Assembly: GCA_964352335.1 (NCBI GenBank) | Contig: CAYGRO010000007.1 | Coordinates: forward strand, 361 to 64,360 | DNA from: an uncultured Gammaproteobacteria bacterium | Lineage (GTDB): Bacteria > Patescibacteriota > Patescibacteriia > VMEV01 > CAYQCH01 | Reading direction: 5' to 3' | Length of the DNA stretch: 64,000 nucleotides | Shown: piece after piece, positions 62,776 to 64,000 of the stretch | Layout: each line of letters opens with the position of its first letter | Position numbering within the stretch: position 1 is the stretch's first letter | The notes under the pieces: model-generated | Seen by the model: only the letters and a program-made list of their open reading frames with translations | Database searches by the model: none | Told to the model about the DNA's origin: nothing | Program-made: the position numbers and the translations under genes

Positions 62776-64000
62776 ATGAAGCTCAAACGTCTAAAACAAA
62801 AATGTCTACTATTGCTCAAACAATTTGAGCTACAGCCGTCACAGGTAAAATCACGTTTGGGGATTCAAGAATTTGATCGTCTTTATGTTCTTTTGATCGT
62901 TTTAGGACTTATGACCTTGCTTATTATTGCAAGGCTTTTTTCATTACAAGTATTTGATTATTCGTTTTATTCTGCTCTCGCTTCTGATCAACATGAAATA
63001 CAAGCTATTTTAACAGCAGATAGGGGAGATTTATTGGTCACCGACCATGCACAACCAAATCAGGAATTCGCAATTGCAACAGATAAAGAGTATATGCAAA
63101 TTTATGCTGTTCCAAAACAAATTACGGACCCAGAAGCCGTTGCAGAAAAATTAGCTCATTTTGTTAATAAATCTGAAGAAGAATTAATCCCAATTCTTTC
63201 TAAACCAGATGATCCCTATGAGCCAATTGAAAAAAAAGTAAGTATTGAACGATATGAAAAGATTCAAGAATTAGAATTGGCTGGGATTTATGGTATAGAA
63301 GAAACACATCGATATTATGTCGACGATAATATTGGAAGCAATGTTTTAGGGTTTTTAGGAGTAAAAGAAGATAAGCCATTTGGGTTATATGGCCTAGAAG
63401 GTTATTTTCAAGATATTTTGGCTGGAGAAGAAGGGTTTTTCCAAACTGAACGGGATGTTGCTGGTAGATGGATTGTTCTATCTGATAAAGAGGTTAATGA
63501 AGCAAAAGATGGAGCAGATATTGTTCTTACTATCGACAGGACGCTTCAGTTTATGACTTGTGATGCCTTGAACAAATCAATTGATCGGCATGGTGCAAGT
63601 GGAGGTGCTGCTATTGTGATGGACCCGAAAACAGGAAAAATTTTAGCAATGTGTTCTGGTCCAGATTTTAATCCGAATTTTTATTCAGATGTAAATTCTG
63701 CCAATGACTACAATAATAAAGCTATTTTTGAAGCCTATGAAGTTGGGTCTATTTTCAAACCTATCGTTATGGCATCTGCAATCGATTTAGAATATATTAC
63801 TCCAGATACAAAATTTCTAGACACTGGAGCAGAAGAAATCGAAGAATATACGATTAGAAATGCAGACGACAAAATATACGGAGAAGTAAATATGGCTCAG
63901 GTTTTGGAAAATTCGATCAATACTGGGATGATTTTTGTTTCTCGGCAATTAGGTCAAGATCGTTTTAGAGATTATATGGAACGATTTGGATTTGGTGAGC
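62776..64000 (+). CDS. ftsI: Class B penicillin-binding protein (FtsI/PBP2-like), truncated by window end
   Basis: ATG at 62776; RLFSLQV, DRGDL, GLEGYF, LTIDRTLQ, MDPKTGKILAM, YEVGSIFKP (SxxK), NSINTG (SxN). Confidence 0.9.
   Translation, partial: MKLKRLKQKCLLLLKQFELQPSQVKSRLGIQEFDRLYVLLIVLGLMTLLIIARLFSLQVFDYSFYSALASDQHEIQAILTADRGDLLVTDHAQPNQEFAIATDKEYMQIYAVPKQITDPEAVAEKLAHFVNKSEEELIPILSKPDDPYEPIEKKVSIERYEKIQELELAGIYGIEETHRYYVDDNIGSNVLGFLGVKEDKPFGLYGLEGYFQDILAGEEGFFQTERDVAGRWIVLSDKEVNEAKDGADIVLTIDRTLQFMTCDALNKSIDRHGASGGAAIVMDPKTGKILAMCSGPDFNPNFYSDVNSANDYNNKAIFEAYEVGSIFKPIVMASAIDLEYITPDTKFLDTGAEEIEEYTIRNADDKIYGEVNMAQVLENSINTGMIFVSRQLGQDRFRDYMERFGFGE

Noticed and set aside
1-64000. Alternative genetic code (UGA=Gly, code 25)
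   Set aside because: Conserved genes are full length under code 11, and TGA ends genes at expected positions (for example 27711 and 54743)

Overview
AT-rich (sampled coding lines about 33% GC) bacterial chromosome segment using genetic code 11. It most likely comes from a Patescibacteria/CPR (Parcubacteria ABY1-like) organism. That is an inference from the N-terminally short MurE, archaeal-type PyrH, CarS-like gene, DUF4012 protein, SD-less housekeeping genes and split ribosomal operons. Housekeeping content includes tgt, xseAB, rplU, recR-ybaB-dnaB, tRNA-Lys(UUU), a P-type ATPase, mgtE, tsaC, gpmI, murE, gdhA, mltG, rlmH, pyrH, rplJL and the start of the dcw cluster (mraZ-rsmH-ftsL-ftsI). 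There is also a long glycosylation/lipid-modification cluster (about 36-53 kb) and a partial riboflavin operon. Most notable: (1) a putative cobalamin-scavenging locus with a secreted transcobalamin-like protein (alpha/alpha barrel plus DUF4430), a membrane-anchored DUF4430 protein and a BtuM/DUF6580-like S-component; (2) five GC-rich orphan genes at four separate sites, each with a Shine-Dalgarno site and hairpin terminator (two with their own sigma70 promoter), in a genome whose housekeeping genes lack SD sites; (3) several families of intergenic inverted/tandem repeats and a multi-pseudoknot element after rplL; (4) pseudo-enzymes and cofactor-altered enzymes. No CRISPR array, rRNA, transposase or integrase was seen. 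All family assignments come from motif recognition by eye, not database searches.
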